Part shown: positions 25,591-39,835 of the stretch, piece after piece
Position numbering within the stretch: position 1 is the stretch's first letter
How the letters are laid out: the number at the start of each line of letters is the position of its first letter
Assembly (NCBI RefSeq): GCF_036321535.1
Contig: NC_087437.1
Location: 94,242,001 to 94,306,000, forward strand
Direction: 5' to 3'
Source of the DNA: Camelus dromedarius
Taxonomy: Eukaryota
Length of the DNA stretch: 64,000 nucleotides
Made by a program: the position numbers and the translations under genes
Notes under the pieces: model-generated
Database searches by the model: none
Told to the model about the DNA's origin: nothing
Seen by the model: only the letters and a program-made list of their open reading frames with translations

Positions 25591-27447
25591 CTTGCTGCAA
25601 ACACTACCTTTTACATGTTGCCTTTGCTTGTTTAATTTCAAAATCTCTTTCTACATAAAAAGATTAGTCATTATATTGATATCCTTGATGTGTTGTGATT
25701 CATGGTGTACCATACATATTTTTTATTAGAAATCTTATTTGAGATTCTATTTAAAATTACAAGAATCTTTTAGCGCACAAAATTTCTTAGGACAGAATGG
25801 TTGTGTAAGTAGGGGTGAACTAGATACATAATTAACAAGGAACATTATCCATCATCCATTTCCCACCTTTTAGTTCACATATCTTGAAATAGTCTTTGCC
25901 TCAGTTACTTTATACTCAGCGTGAAATTATTCAATTGCTTTGAAAACATCAAAGAAATAAAGGATTGCTCCCAATCTGCAACTTAAAACTGTGTCCCCTG
26001 ATCAGTAAGGGAAGGTCAAAGGGGCTAATGCATTCACAAAGTACAGGAAAGGGCATTGTGAAGGGGATAGACTTAATCCTCAGAGCCAGATAATCATTAG
26101 CAGTGGTGATGGATAAAGTCGAATATGCAGTAGCTACGGGGTCAGTTCTACATTTATTCAGATTCATAAATGAAAGTAAGGAGTAATCAGGCTCTGAGCT
26201 GGTAACTGGAACGAAGGATGAAATGCCTAATCTCATAAACTCTGACAATAATGGTGAAATCACATACTGCCTTTACATTATATAATTCTAATTTTAATGC
26301 TATAGTATTATCATTTAGTATTAGCAGTTCCTATGAAGCAAAATCTAGATAAAATGTTTTCATCTAGAAATTATGTATACTTTGATTCAACAAATATTTA
26401 TTGAGTTCATTCTGTGGACATGTGAAGTTTAAAATAACATCTGTACTAACTTAACTTTAAACAAGTCTACCTATTGTATGCAAAGTCTAGTTTTGCTGTT
26501 TCTTGTCACAATATACAAATGCAACACCCACATCTCTAAAGTCTGCTGATCTATTAAAACTATGTTATCAACATTATAACTTAAAATTGTAAACTACAAT
26601 TTAAAAAATAGCATTGTGACAAATTCTCTTTGAAGTTCTGTGAAAGATAGCGTACATTTTTTGCTCCTTTTCAATATCAAAATTTTGTATTAGTTAATAT
26701 ATTATTCAGTATACACTTCTAAATAAATTGAATTTCAAGCTGCCATTGCTTAGTAAAAAAGTAACAAACACAGTTTCTTCTATTTCAAAAATACATATCT
26801 ATTTCACATAAAAGATTTTTTTAAAAAAATAAATGTATATCCTACTGTATAATGCCATTACCTTAAGCTTGAATCGTATAAATAGTCAGTAAATCTTCCC
26901 CTTCAGACAATGTATAAATATTTAATAACATAAAGATGGTCAATAATTTAAATTTAAAGAGATTTGTACATTGATCTTTCAGATTAAATGCTATTAAGCC
27001 AAACTATTTCCCACAGGTCCAGTTTTCTCTATGACCTTATATGTTATATATTCAGATATTATATTTACAATGATAACTAAGGAACCAGTCTTGTAGGTGA
27101 AGCAAATTAACTGAATGCTATAGATGACTTCTCATGAAACATTGATGAGAACATACTTACTGCTACCTGAGGTTAAACCCTGCCTTGGGCAAAGATCATG
27201 AAATAAGTCCAGGTAATCAGTGTCCCTCTACCACGTTCCTACAGCGCTGCTGACCTACCTTTGTGACACTTGTTTTCATCCCCTCTTGGTGGCAGAGCTC
27301 TCTATTACTACATTTTGGGTACACAGTGCCCAACCAGGGGAATCTTCTTTAGGCAATGTTTCATGCTTCAAGCTTAACTGCTCTCTCCTATGTCAAAATA
27401 CACTATGTTAGATATAAGTTGTCAGATGGACTGCAAGTTGATAACTA

Positions 27448-27516
<69 letters not shown>
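27448..27516. repeat. Perfect (AAT)23 microsatellite
   Basis: Read directly: 69 bp uninterrupted. Confidence 0.97.
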
Positions 27517-27518
<2 letters not shown>

Positions 27519-27870
27519 TGTCATTAAATGATTGTAAAAGAGGATTTCCTCCTCTGAGGGTTTTTATGGTCTAGCTGAAAACCCTTTATAGAATGCAAGA
27601 AATTACTCAAGTGACAGTATGAAAATATCTTCATGAAAGTCAGTCTTTTCCTATGCCTCTAGATCATAAGATCTGTCTGTTCAAAATTATCTCAATTCAT
27701 ATTTGCAAAACTTTGGTATTATATTTAAACCCTAGTTGTCTTGACAGTGAAACAATGAGACTATATAATGAGATTCAGAAGTTGTATCATTAAATATGTA
27801 TCCATGTACTCTCAAAAATTCTTAAAATCTGGCTTCCAAATTGGGAATAAGATAGAATTCTCAGTTCTTG

Positions 27871-28158
27871 ATTTTTTTTTAAAGATTTTCACTCAGTTTT
27901 ACTGAGATATAATTGCCATATAATATTGTATTAGCATAGTGTGTGCAACATAATGATTTGATATATGTATTTATCTTGGAATTATTACCACAGTAAGTTT
28001 AGTTAACATCCATCATCTCATATAGTTACAATATTTTTTGTGTTGAGAACTTTTAAGATCTACTCTATTGGCAACTTTCAAATATACAATACAGTATTGC
28101 TAGCAATAGTTACTATGTTGTATATTATTTCCCAGAACTTATTTATTTTATAACTGGA
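27871..28158 (-). mobile_element. L1 (L1MA9-like) 3' end
   Basis: T-tail then 'ttttactgagatataattg...ttagttaacatccatcatctcatatagttac...agaacttttaagatctactct...ttcaaatatacaatacagtattg'. Confidence 0.85.
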
Positions 28159-29389
28159 TCTTGGTTATTTTTAACCATTTTTTTAAGTGGTTGGTATTAA
28201 GTGGTATACAATGAACATAATACAGGGAACCATAGTGGTTTTATAAACTAAGTTGCAATATAATGGGAATTGAAGTTTCAATTCCATAGAAACAACATTG
28301 CTAAGACAGTATTTTATAGTATTTGAAAATGCATTCTTTTTATCATTAATATCTAGTAACATAGGGTGTGGGTAACACCCTGAAAATATAATTTACAGAG
28401 ACCAATATTATAAATTCCTTACTATTTTTCTACATTTGATGTTAAAGAACTACATGATTACATTTCTCATAATAACTATAATTACATCCCATATTTCTTA
28501 TTATTCTTGATAGAGAAATAATACTGAGACCAATTGGATTTTCTCCAATCAATAAAATGGGATATTTTGTTGCCTCTAGGAAAACAAACCAGTGATTGTA
28601 TAGATTTTAAATAGCATTGATTTGAAAATTAGAAATCATTGCATCAAATAGACCTTTTGTATAATCCTGTTCTTAAAAACTTAGTAACTAAGGTGTTAAA
28701 CATTTCCCTTTGCTGTTGAGACAGTACACTATTCCATAGTATATGCCCTCAATCTTCACTTGTCAAGATAAGGATAATCAATCTCAATTCCCCATAAAAT
28801 GTAATTTCCATTAGAGACAAGCAATAAACACTACCAATTTCTTGGTAGCATTGGACTTCTACAAAATAATCCCCTTTAAAAGAGACCAGGGGAAAAATAC
28901 TTCATTTTACCTCTGAGATACTGGTATGTGGATGCAGAAAAGTCAATTCATCTTCTTATCTTCCCGAGATGCCTATAATTAATGTTTCTTTAGTTTTTTT
29001 TTTTTTTCTTTAAGGCTAAAATAGAAATCAGTAAAACCAGTGGTTGCTAAGGAAAAGAACAGAGCATCCACAAAGAGAGACTATTTCACATTGAAACTGC
29101 GTTCCGTGTAATCTGGCACACATCCTAACATCCCCAGCAAGGGTGACTGTCAATCAGCTCAACACCCAGTCTTTAATATTTTATTTTGTAAGATACTCTA
29201 TGTGAAATAAAAGTTATGATCATCATCCTCAGGGAGCTTATATTTTATGAGAGTGTAGAAAACACTACAATTCAAGGCAATATTTTTTTTCCTTTTTTCC
29301 AAAACATCCAACAACCGAGATGTATTTCTAAAAAAATTCAAATGCTACTAACATAGTCAGCTGGATATACATGAATGCTCACTGTGAGT

Positions 29390-29925
29390 ATTGCTGGAGA
29401 CTTTTCTAAAACTTAAGTCTGGTTATCACCTCCTTGTTGCAATCTGTCAGAGGTTCTGCATTGTTTTCAGGATAAGCTTCAGAGGCTGTCATTAAACGAC
29501 CTTCTCTTAAACATTCATTTAATTTTGACATAATTGTAATTCCAGTGTCCTCTTTTCCTTTATTCAGGATCTGTGGACATGTTACTCTGCCTTATCTGTC
29601 TTCTCTTCCCAAAAGTGTTCTTTTGCCTTATGAACTTGCATGTATCTTGCAGAACTCATCTTTAATGCGTCCTCCCCCTACAAAGTGTTCTCAATCTCCC
29701 GCAGACCTCCACCAAGGATTGATTTGTCTCTTCCAAAATCCCTCCACTGTACATTTTATATTGTGCCAGTTAGTCTTGTAGTGGCTTGTTAGTTGACAGT
29801 CTTTTTACTAGCTTGTGAATTCCTTGATCACAAGATTATATATTAATCATTATCATATGACCCAATGCCTAGCATGATACTTTTGAGTATTTACATGCAA
29901 TAAATGTGTACATAACTGAAGGAAA
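29390..29925 (+). mobile_element. L2 3' region
   Basis: 'ctagcttgtgaattccttga...cccaatgcctagcatgatac...caataaatgtgtacataactgaaggaa' is an L2 terminus. Confidence 0.6.
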
Positions 29926-32900
29926 GTTTGGAAAAACTTTATAGATGTGCCGGAAAATGCACTAACAACAAACAATTAAAACATTGTGTCAGATATTGAC
30001 ATTGGTATTATTTAATAGAGATTTTAAAGATGATGATTTATCTTATAGGTTATTTTCATTGTTTTGATTTCTAACTATTTGTTTCAATGTTCTCATTTAA
30101 GATGAATTCCATTGTTATCAAAATAGCAACATTTTTGTAAAAATGTGTAATTTTAAAGCAAATTGATGCCAACACATAGATAAAAATACTTCCCTAAATA
30201 GAATAAATGTATGTAATGTATACCTTATATATTACTGTAAGTCTTCAATTATTTTTACATTAGTCCAGTATTCATCACTAACATAAAGAGCCAACAAAAG
30301 ACAAGATTATTTATCTCAAATCAATTAACATTGAATATTATAGAAATAGTGAAAAGCAAAAAGGTCTCAGATTTGTGATGTAAAATGTATAACAAAATGC
30401 TTTGGAAATAAATGAATTAGAGTTGCTGAGTTCCCATAGAACAATATTCAGAGTTTAATTATTATATCTTACAATGTTCTGTTGAAGTTATTCATTTAGG
30501 TATTTCTTTTCTCCATTAGGCATACACCTTTTAATGTACTAAACCTTGTATTTTTTTCATTCTTGTCTATTTCTAGGACAATATCTTGTAAAAAATGGGT
30601 CCTCACATAGTATCAATAATATTAATCCAAATTATATTTTATTAGTAGCATCATATAAAAAATATAAGAAAAAAGGTTGATTAAATTGGGACAATAAAAT
30701 ATTCATATTATAAGAAGGAACTCTGATATCAAAAACTTAAATAAGCTCACTCCAACAGGTTGCATGACTTAATATTTATATTTTTCAAATTCATGAAGTA
30801 TTTCAAATGTTAGCTGAAGAAAATGTATTCTGAAAAATTGTATACATTTAAGTTACTTTTAAAGCTTCTAAACTTAGATAACTTTATTCCCTTTTGGTAA
30901 TTTTCATATTAATTAAGGATGCTCTTTCCCAATTTGTAGTATTCAATTTCAATCCAAAAAGTATTTTAAGAGTAAAGCAATAACTTTTTAAAAAGATCTT
31001 CCAAATCAAATTCTATTAATTCAAAGTTAAAGCATAACTTTTCGGATACCTTGTTAATAATTTTGTAATTAACTTTTATTTTAATAACAGAACTACTACT
31101 GAATAGACTTATCAGAAGCAAGAAATGTATTTTAGTGAATTATTCTTGGAGTGCCGTGGCAAAGAAAAGAATGCAAACACAAGCGCACATATACACGTAT
31201 ATATTAATACAGTTGTACAATATTTATAATAATATAATATAGTAGTATCAGATATGTACAGATGACAGGTGACAGGTGTGTGTGTGGGTGTGTATGTGAG
31301 TGTAAGAGAGAGAGGGCGGTGCCAAATAACCAGTTTTCACATCACTAAAATATAAAGCTTAAGAATGGCTTTTCCCTATAATTTAAAATGTAAAATTTGG
31401 CTAAAAGATGTTAAAAAATTCTTCCACCTCTGAAGTCCTTTTAGTTCAGGATTTTTAGATGCTTTAATAATGTAAAAATTCTATGCATCTACAAAAAATT
31501 TCTACTTTAAAAAGTGACTTAGAAAATAAAAAGAGTAAAAGAAGAAAAAAAGAAGGCTCTCTATCTTATTTCCACAGTCTAAAATGCAGTCTGGCTTATT
31601 TTCTGCATTAGAATGAACACCTCCTAGTTTATTTAAGAGGGGAACACACATTTCTTATATCCTCTTGCCAAATTTCAGGAGATAAGCTCTTAATATCATG
31701 GCATATGATCTGTGGTGTTTCCTTCAGGGGAACTCACTCTCACAGGACAACAAACCTGTCTTAAAGATAACTTTATGTATCAGAGCTAACATTTCTTCAA
31801 AGAGCCATAAAGCTTAGAAGATGAGAGAAAATGAAGATCTTCTTTTGAAGACCCTCTTGTGTATTTGTGTGAAGGGATTTAAGTGTACTTTGCTAATCAA
31901 TAAATGTAACCCAAGACTTTTCAAAGAGCTCGTTTATATACTACCAAATTATCACTATAACTTTCTGTGTTTTTCTCCTCTACATATTCAAATAATTACT
32001 GACATTTTGAGATTCCACAAGACAGTTTTTTGGTTCATTAAAAAGATGCTTAGTCAAAAGTAAAAAGTTGTCTAAGGGAATTAATTAAATCAATTTAACA
32101 AACCTTCTTTATATTATTGCCTATTTTATTTACGTCTCCTTTATTCAGTTTCTGAGTCTCTCCCTCTCTTCCTTCTCCCCTCCCTCCCTCCTTCTACTCA
32201 CCATTTAGATGGAATTTATTTTCAGTGAAATTCATACAATAATGTGTGATTTCTCCCCCATAATAGTATCTTATTGTTTGAATTCAAAATCTACTCACCA
32301 CACCTCTGAAGTTGACCCCAGGCGTGGCTCCGACATGCAACACTTTATAATCTTTCATTATGTAGATATGTTTTTTTCCTAAAGAAAGCATACTAGTATT
32401 TATTGAATATCTTCAATGCCAGGTTTTATTATCTTCATTATTGTCATCTTCATAATCATCATAATCAACCACCATTCCTTCAGCACCTCCCATGGTTCCA
32501 GCCCTGTGTTTTGTTTCACAAGTGGTATAAATGCTGATTTATTCGACTCACAAAGAAATTGTAAGAAACAATGATATGACTTGAATTCTGCTGGTGGGGA
32601 GAATGAGAGTATCAAAGATATTAACTAATCTAATTAATAAAGTCCAAAATTAAGTGATGGGTTAATATTTGAATATGGATTTGTATGTCTTCAAAATTCA
32701 TATTTCCCACTATTTCATTCTGAAACAAAATATTTAGAAGGTCTATTTAAAAATATTTTCAAAATGTTTTCATTTATTGTCTATTAATTCAAACATTATA
32801 CTTTTACCAGTGATTAATTTCTAACCCACATACACCATGATACTTCAGGAAGGAAAAAAAGATTTCCTTTGCTTGCATTCCCAAAGCAATATCATCTATG

Positions 32901-35900
32901 CATGAGTTCTAAAAGTTGATAAAATATCAACTTACACTATTTTTCTAGTATCCTGAAAGACGCAGTAAGACCGGAACATCAGAGTATGTAAATGTGACCC
33001 AGCATAGAATTGCTAACATGTTACTAGGGGACCTCTTGAGTGCTAGCATGACTTTTTTCCCATAGAAGAAGCCAACTGCAACTCCGGGCCCCTCTGAACT
33101 TGCTCTGTTGGCCTGTGTTGATAACTCACTTTGGTTAAGTCTCAGCAGAGAAATTGGGAAGCACTGGAGAGCTGCAAACACCTATTTAACTGTATGTCTC
33201 AGAAATTCCCTAGCTCACGTTTAGATAACCAACTCGATTTTAAATATTTCAGAGCATGGACCATATGGTTTTTATCTTTCTTTTCTTCCTCCTTCTTTCT
33301 TTCTTTCCTTTTTTTATTTCTGACTTTGGTTTTTTTCTTTCTTCTACTTATTTTCAATGTCTTCTCTTTATCTCGCCCATCTGCTCTCCTCCTAGCCAAG
33401 CTCAATACATATACTAGTATAAAACTTAGCACACAGCATTTATTTCTTGACGGATTCGTTGAATTCAATGTAAGTAGCAGGAGAGCTGACTAAAGTTGAT
33501 TGTTGGTCCATCTTACAATGGACCGTTTTGATGTATGCTAATCAATAAGCCAAATTGGGTTTCAGATTAAGTGTCCAAATTTAACCCATTTAGAACTTTA
33601 AATCATGACGTATACATTATTCAACATGTAGCATGGTCTAATGATTATTTATTGAAAGTGGGGAAATGAATGAAGAAATGAATGTTTTGAATCTTGATTA
33701 TTTAGCAATGTATTATTTTTCACTGTACCTGCAACATATATATGCACAATGCGGATTTTAAAAGCAAAATCAGCTAGCTAGTACCTTGTCTGTACCACAG
33801 CTATCAATATTAAATAGTCTGTTTCAGCGACTGTTGAGCCAGAAAAGGGGAAGTGCACATATTTACCTTAAAGAGAGGAGAGGATGGGGAAGACACTGCT
33901 GAGTATAATAGAAAAGAATAAGCAAAAAAATGTAAGAAACTGTAAGAAACGTATTTGCCTTCTTGTGGAAAAGTATAGGAGGAAATAAATTCAAAATATC
34001 AGATAAGCATTGAGAATGGGTTTACCATTTGATATATTTCTAATTTGCTAATTACACATTAAATAGTCTTTGGTAGGAGAATAACAAAAAGATGACAACG
34101 TCTGTAATGAAAGATTAGTTCCCCAAAAGTAAAAACAAGAAGAGTGAAGTGAAAAAAAATTGAAAGCAGTGTTACCTGTCAGTAAGCTATGGGAATCCAT
34201 CCACTGGTGATGATGAGATTCTGACATAGAACTGACTATATATAATGAAAGACATGAGTGAACCCAAAGCTAGTTTGACAGCATTGTCAAACTTAATTTG
34301 TTTTTTACTCCTTTTTTCATATTCTTCCTTTTTCTTATCTCTTCTGACATAATAACCTTTGTTTCTGTAATAGTTAAGTTGCAAGAAGAGAGAATAATAT
34401 ATTATTTCTCATAGCACATGTACGTTCAAAGGTTGTACTTACACTGGATTTTTCTTTCATGAATTATTTAGAGAATAGAAAAATTCATGCCATTACATAT
34501 GATTTAAATCATTGTGCTAAGATGGTGGAAATGTTTAAGATCGAAATCTGCATTCTCTGAATATATTTCAAATAACTACAGACCTATAGAAGCTCTATCT
34601 TCTCTGTTTCTTAAAGGTTTTGCTCACATGATGGATCAATAAAGATGTCCTTAAACATTCCTATCAATGTATGATGTGATTGTGATGAAAACTCCCTATT
34701 GCTGATAAGGTGCCAACAGAACTCTCAACAGGCTAAGGATGCAAAAAGAAGCCAGTGCTGGCAAAGATTAGCATAAAGACTATTATAATAATGGAATCCC
34801 TAACGTAAACTCAGCCTCAGGATATGTGGATTAGTGATGAACACTGCTGATCATACCAAAAGGAACACAGTTTTCCTGAAGAGCATCATTAGTATCTATA
34901 AATGAGATCTCATTTCTGAAGCAGTCAAGAACTTACAATATGGGCTGAATTGTATTGTCTGTGGACTGGGCTGCCATCACGTCCCCTTCCCTTCTTACAT
35001 GACTTCTGGCACTCCTTTCTTACACTGCTGTTATGACAGTGTTGGTTCTACCACCACTGCCATTATATTTTAAAAGAGAAGTAAGTTCTTGACTCACATG
35101 GGTGATTTACAAAATTGTATATAAAAATACAATTCGAATAGATTATAAATATATAAATAAATGTGAATGTATATAATTGAATATTTAAAAGGCTCTTCTC
35201 TGAGAAGTAAAATGAAATAAATCAGAAACACAAACGCTGACATTTACTTAACCTTGCTTTTCTAGGCTCTAACGCTGCCTTACCTCAATAAGCAATATAG
35301 TAGACAATGGAAAAAACATGACTTGATTTTGGAAACAAGCATATCAGAAGGCATCATGGGTAAAAAGACCAGAGACATCTGCAGAACCGTGTGGCATGAG
35401 GGGAGAGTGAAGTCTCCATCTGTCAGTGACACACGCCCCACTGGCTGTCCTTGTCATCTTCCTTTCCTGTTGACTCCATCGCCCACCTTTACATCTCCCC
35501 CACCTCCTCAATATGTAGGCAGATAAGTAGGCAAGTAGATAGATGACAGGCAGGCAGACTGGTAGATAGACAGGGAGAGGAATCCATGAATATGACGGCG
35601 ATGGAGCAGTTTTCTTCTTTCTGTTTTACACGTGGGAGCTGAAAGGCAATCAATTTCACTCAGTCTCCTTTAAAGGCAGAGAAATTTCACCGCTCAAAGC
35701 TAACAATGCATCTTTATTGAAGAGAAGGAAATGGAGTCTTTGGAGTTGAGAAAGGGAAGAATAAACAGAGGCTGGGGAGAAAAGGAGAGAGATGGCTATA
35801 TTCTGAACATCTGCTTCGTGATTTTGCCTTTAACAAACTTTCCTGCTTAGAAGATGACTAACCCGGCCCGGCACAGGTGCCCCAGGCCATCATCATAAGT

Positions 35901-36313
35901 GATTAGGTTTTGATAGAAATGCAGGTCAGACTTAATCAACTCTAAGTCCTATTATTTTACGGTGACATCGAATAATATGTGACTCATGGAAGGACCTACA
36001 AGTTTCATCTTAAATATTTACTCCATCGAGTGATTTTTCCTGATTCCTGGACTATATTATTTTCCCTACTTTTATTTCCTGTAGTACTACGTGTATTTCC
36101 ATATTAGAATATCATCATAAGTTTATGCAGTCACTTATTTAATGTATCTCTTTAATAAAAAAAGTCTAAAATCTCTTAGAATAAAGACATTTATCTTTAC
36201 TGCTGTATTCCAGTTTACAGTAGATATTCTGGCACATAATAGGTGCTCAACTAATAGCTGATACTACAACACAATGACATAGCTCAACTTATTCTTAGTC
36301 AAATATAAACGTT

Positions 36314-36391
36314 TATGTTGTACACCAGAGACTGACACAACACTGTAAGCTGACTATACTTCAATAAATATATATATATATATACACAAAA
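36314..36391 (+). mobile_element. Very short young L1 3' tip with TA/A tail
   Basis: 'tatgttgtacaccagagactgacacaacactgtaagctgactatacttcaataaa' is the reverse complement of the L1 ends at 7717 and 18590. Possible TSD aaacgtt (36307-36313) / aaatgtt (36392-36398). Confidence 0.85.
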
Positions 36392-36894
36392 AAATGTTAG
36401 CTACCACTTAGAAACAAGAAGCCTAGCCATTGAATATTTTGCTTCTACCCAACAGCTATTACAGTGCCTTTGATTCAGCATTTGCCTCAAATATTAATGC
36501 TCTACTGCCTCAGTTCTCTTTATAATTCCTCAGTTATCTGTATAAAGAAGATTTATCAATTTAGGGTTGCTTATGAATTGAAAATAGAGACATTTCTTCA
36601 TATTCAATTAATTTTTAGACTTTTTGAGTATTTTGGAGATTAGAATTCTACCCACTTATTTTTACAGAGCATTTTTATGACACTTGTATTTAACCTATTG
36701 TTGGTTTCTTGGTCTTCTGTCAAATCCAATTATCAGGGATGGAATTTGGGGAGAGTTGCTTTATTAGTGTCTAATATTAGTGGAGAATATCGAAATTTCC
36801 AATCAGTCTGTAATAAAAATTCATAGGCCTTGAACTCACACAATCGTAGGTGGTAAGTTACTTTTTTGGCTGGATGACTTGGAGTACATTTCTG

Positions 36895-36990
36895 ATCCTT
36901 CGGAGCTGCTTCTCTCACATGTAAAGTGAGGGTCAATAAACTTGGACATAAAGTGCCGAGTCCAATACCTGGCACATTATAGAAATTCAG
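36895..36990 (+). mobile_element. MIR 3' fragment, followed by a (TG)n run
   Basis: 'tctcacatgtaaagtgagg...aaagtgccgagtccaatacctggcacattatagaaattcag'. Confidence 0.55.
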
Positions 36991-37721
36991 GCTCTGTGTG
37001 TGTGTGTGTGTGCATGTGGACATATACACATGTATCAATGCCTGTATGTTATATAAACTGAAGGCAACATATGGCTTTCAATCCTTTTCAAAGAATTGAA
37101 TACCTGAAATCAATTTACAAGCTGAAGTCTAATTTATTCTTTTATTCATTTATCGTTTATTTATACATTCATCCCACAACACATGTTGGTTGTCTGCTGA
37201 TTTCCTTAGTTACTATCCATACAGCAATAAATAGGCCACTTTTTTTTGCATTGAGAAGCTCACAGTTCTGGATGTAATCATACATGTAAGAAAATAATCG
37301 TAATGTTATGACACTGTTAGAATAGAAATAAAACTGAGTACAGTGGGAGTGTGTATCTGGGAGAACTAGTTTTGTACCAATTCAAATTTTGAATTTGGGC
37401 ATTATATTTGGAGGTAAGTCACAGAGAGTTAGCCAGAGCAGCAGCACCAAGCAAATATTTCTTGAAAATAATGATCATATACTCTCCCATGTTTTCTTAG
37501 TCAATTAGCTGCCTCTCAGTTGTAGGTGAATAGTTCAATTAAATTAACTTTGATCTTTTTTTTAAGGATGAATGATGTGTGAGTGTGTGCATGTGAACAC
37601 ATGGGAGTACACGTTCTTATGCAGCACTAGGAACTGTCTACATTAGGAGAAAAAGTATCAGTGGTGTTCATTATCTGAACCTATTTAAATTTAAAATGTG
37701 CTTATGAAATGGGTGTTCCCT

Positions 37722-37750
37722 TGTGTGTGTGTGTGTGTGTGTGTGTGTGT
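37722..37750. repeat. (TG)14 microsatellite
   Basis: Read directly. Confidence 0.95.
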
Positions 37751-39022
37751 CTGTCAGTAGTATGGAGAGCTTGGGATGTCCTAAGACACTTTCAAACATG
37801 TGAGCATTGCCTGGACCTAGAGTTACGTGCTCTGGTTCCTACACATCCTTCTGCTGGTGCAGCGTGAAAGTTAAATGTGTGTATCTGAGTGGTGCTGGCA
37901 AGGTCATGGATTATTTCCAAAATTCACATCTTCAGCCTTAAGCAGGACCTCAAAATATCATTCCATTCAATGACCGTGCTAAGAAACATGATGCTTTCTA
38001 TTAGAGTGTTAAGCAGCCATTATGAAACCAAAAAAAAAAAATTTTTAAATTATTTCAGGCATTCAAAAACAAACCTTTATATAAAAATCACTCTTCCATC
38101 TTTTAGCCTCCGTGTGATAAGATAGTGAACATGGTTAAAACTCCAGAAGTGCATAAATAGGAGAAAGCATTTCTCTTTGATTATTTTTACAACATTTTTC
38201 ATGATTGCTTTTTTCGATATTATGCATCTACATAGGGAGAGCATAAGTGGGTTACACTGTAGCACATATCCATGGAAAGAAACTATTCAAGATTCAAACT
38301 TCAAAAATAATTTGTTCATTATCTTACCACGCATGTAATCAAGTCCTGTCATTATGCTGAGGGTTGGATGAAAAAAGTCCACAAGCTCACAGTGCATTTG
38401 GGGATGCTGACAATTAAACACACAATGAAAGTGCAGAAGAATTTTCAGAGAACTTAGGCAATAAATACACTCAGATCTGAGTATTAGAAAGATAACTCTG
38501 GCCTGAGGACAAGAAGGTTTAATAGTAAAACAAAATGGAAAGGAAAAGCTGAAGTGTAGGAAAGTAACACTAACCAGTAAAAGGAAGACCCAAAAAAGCT
38601 GAAGGCTGCACACCAAGTGAACAACTCCGTCAGGGTTCTTTGGCCTGAGGCAACCATGGAGATAATGCAGAACTAGGGCCAAGTGTAAGGGAGAGTAAAC
38701 ACAGCTACTGCGGTTTCCACTCAGTATGAGGAGGGGGGAAAAGGATGCAAGATGGGAAATTGACAGAGAACTTCAGAAAATACAAGTTACTAATCAGAAT
38801 CTTAAATATTTACCAGATACGAAGCATTACTTCTTCCCCCCTGGCAAGCACATCCTCACCACATCCAAGGAGGTTTGCTACTCGTCAGGACAGCTAAACT
38901 CTTGAAGATAAAAACTGTAATTATCCTCTCTTTCTGCTCTCAAATAAATAGATTCTCTGGCTAAAAAAAAGGGCGGTATTATTTTAAGAACATAAAGAAA
39001 AGAAAGAAAGCAGGAAAGAGTC

Positions 39023-39407
39023 TGTTAAAGTAACCAGACTAGACTCAAGATGGAGTCACTCATGCTAACTAAAACAAAACTTTACTGAGTTTCTATGTCC
39101 CACTGTCCCAGAAACAGAAGGCCAAAGGCAACCCATCAGCACTTGTCTGCTCAGCACGAGTTACCCTCCCCAGGCTCCCAGACTTCTCTTTGCTCCAATA
39201 TAAGAAAAGTAACCCTGCTCCAGCCAATAAGCAAATGCCCAGGATAACTTTCTGCTTCCTACTCAGTTTGGTCTATAACAATCTCTATATTTATGCTTCT
39301 TTCAAACTTCTTTCTATTTTCTAGACTGGATGCTTCTCGATTCATGACTTGCTAAGTTTAAAGCCAACTAGATCAGTAAACTGTCTGCAGAAAATTTTAT
39401 TTTAACA
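39023..39407 (+). mobile_element. ERV1-type solo LTR (MER4/MER34 group)
   Basis: 7-bp terminal inverted repeat tgttaaa...tttaaca; 4-bp TSD agtc/aatc; 'caagatggagtcactcatgct' near the 5' end; CCAAT at about 39224 and 'tataa' at about 39274. Confidence 0.85.
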
Positions 39408-39559
39408 AATCTCAGTAGTTACAAAGCCAGACCATCTGGAGACTTAGAAACCTATTCTTGGCCTTTAAGAATAAAACAAATGTAATAAGCTGGAGAGAAA
39501 TGCTAGTGATCTGCATCAGCATTAGTCTTTCTAGACTAATCAGTGAAAAAGAGTATTGT

Positions 39560-39835
39560 GTACTCTATCAGAGGGAGGGAAGGAAGGAAGATCACCAAGG
39601 TGTCTCTTCCTGGCATCCTTACCACAGGACCAATTCAGGCATCTCACCCTGTCCACATCTGCAATTCACTGGATTCCAATTGCTGGTAGCTACTTTCTCC
39701 CTGATTCCTTCTGGCCCAGAATGGGAAGAATCCTAAGAAAGGGGTTATCTTTTTCTTTTCTCCAACCTACATCCATCCTTTTGTAAATAGTTCTTTAATG
39801 AAATTGTCCTCAAATGATCCAAAACCTTGTGCCAA
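39560..39835 (+). mobile_element. LTR33-like ERVL LTR fragment
   Basis: 'ccttttgtaaatagttctttaatgaaattgtcctcaaatgatccaa...tgtgcca' resembles the remembered LTR33 3' part. Confidence 0.45.

Noticed and set aside
33131..33493. 120-aa hydrophobic ORF and antisense K/R-rich ORF
   Set aside because: Artefact of a T/C-rich low-complexity tract (poly-F/L/S on one strand, poly-K/E/R on the other).
38287..38682. 131-aa minus-strand ORF, the longest in the window
   Set aside because: Non-ATG start, composition typical of antisense purine-rich DNA, no homology I recognise and no splice context.
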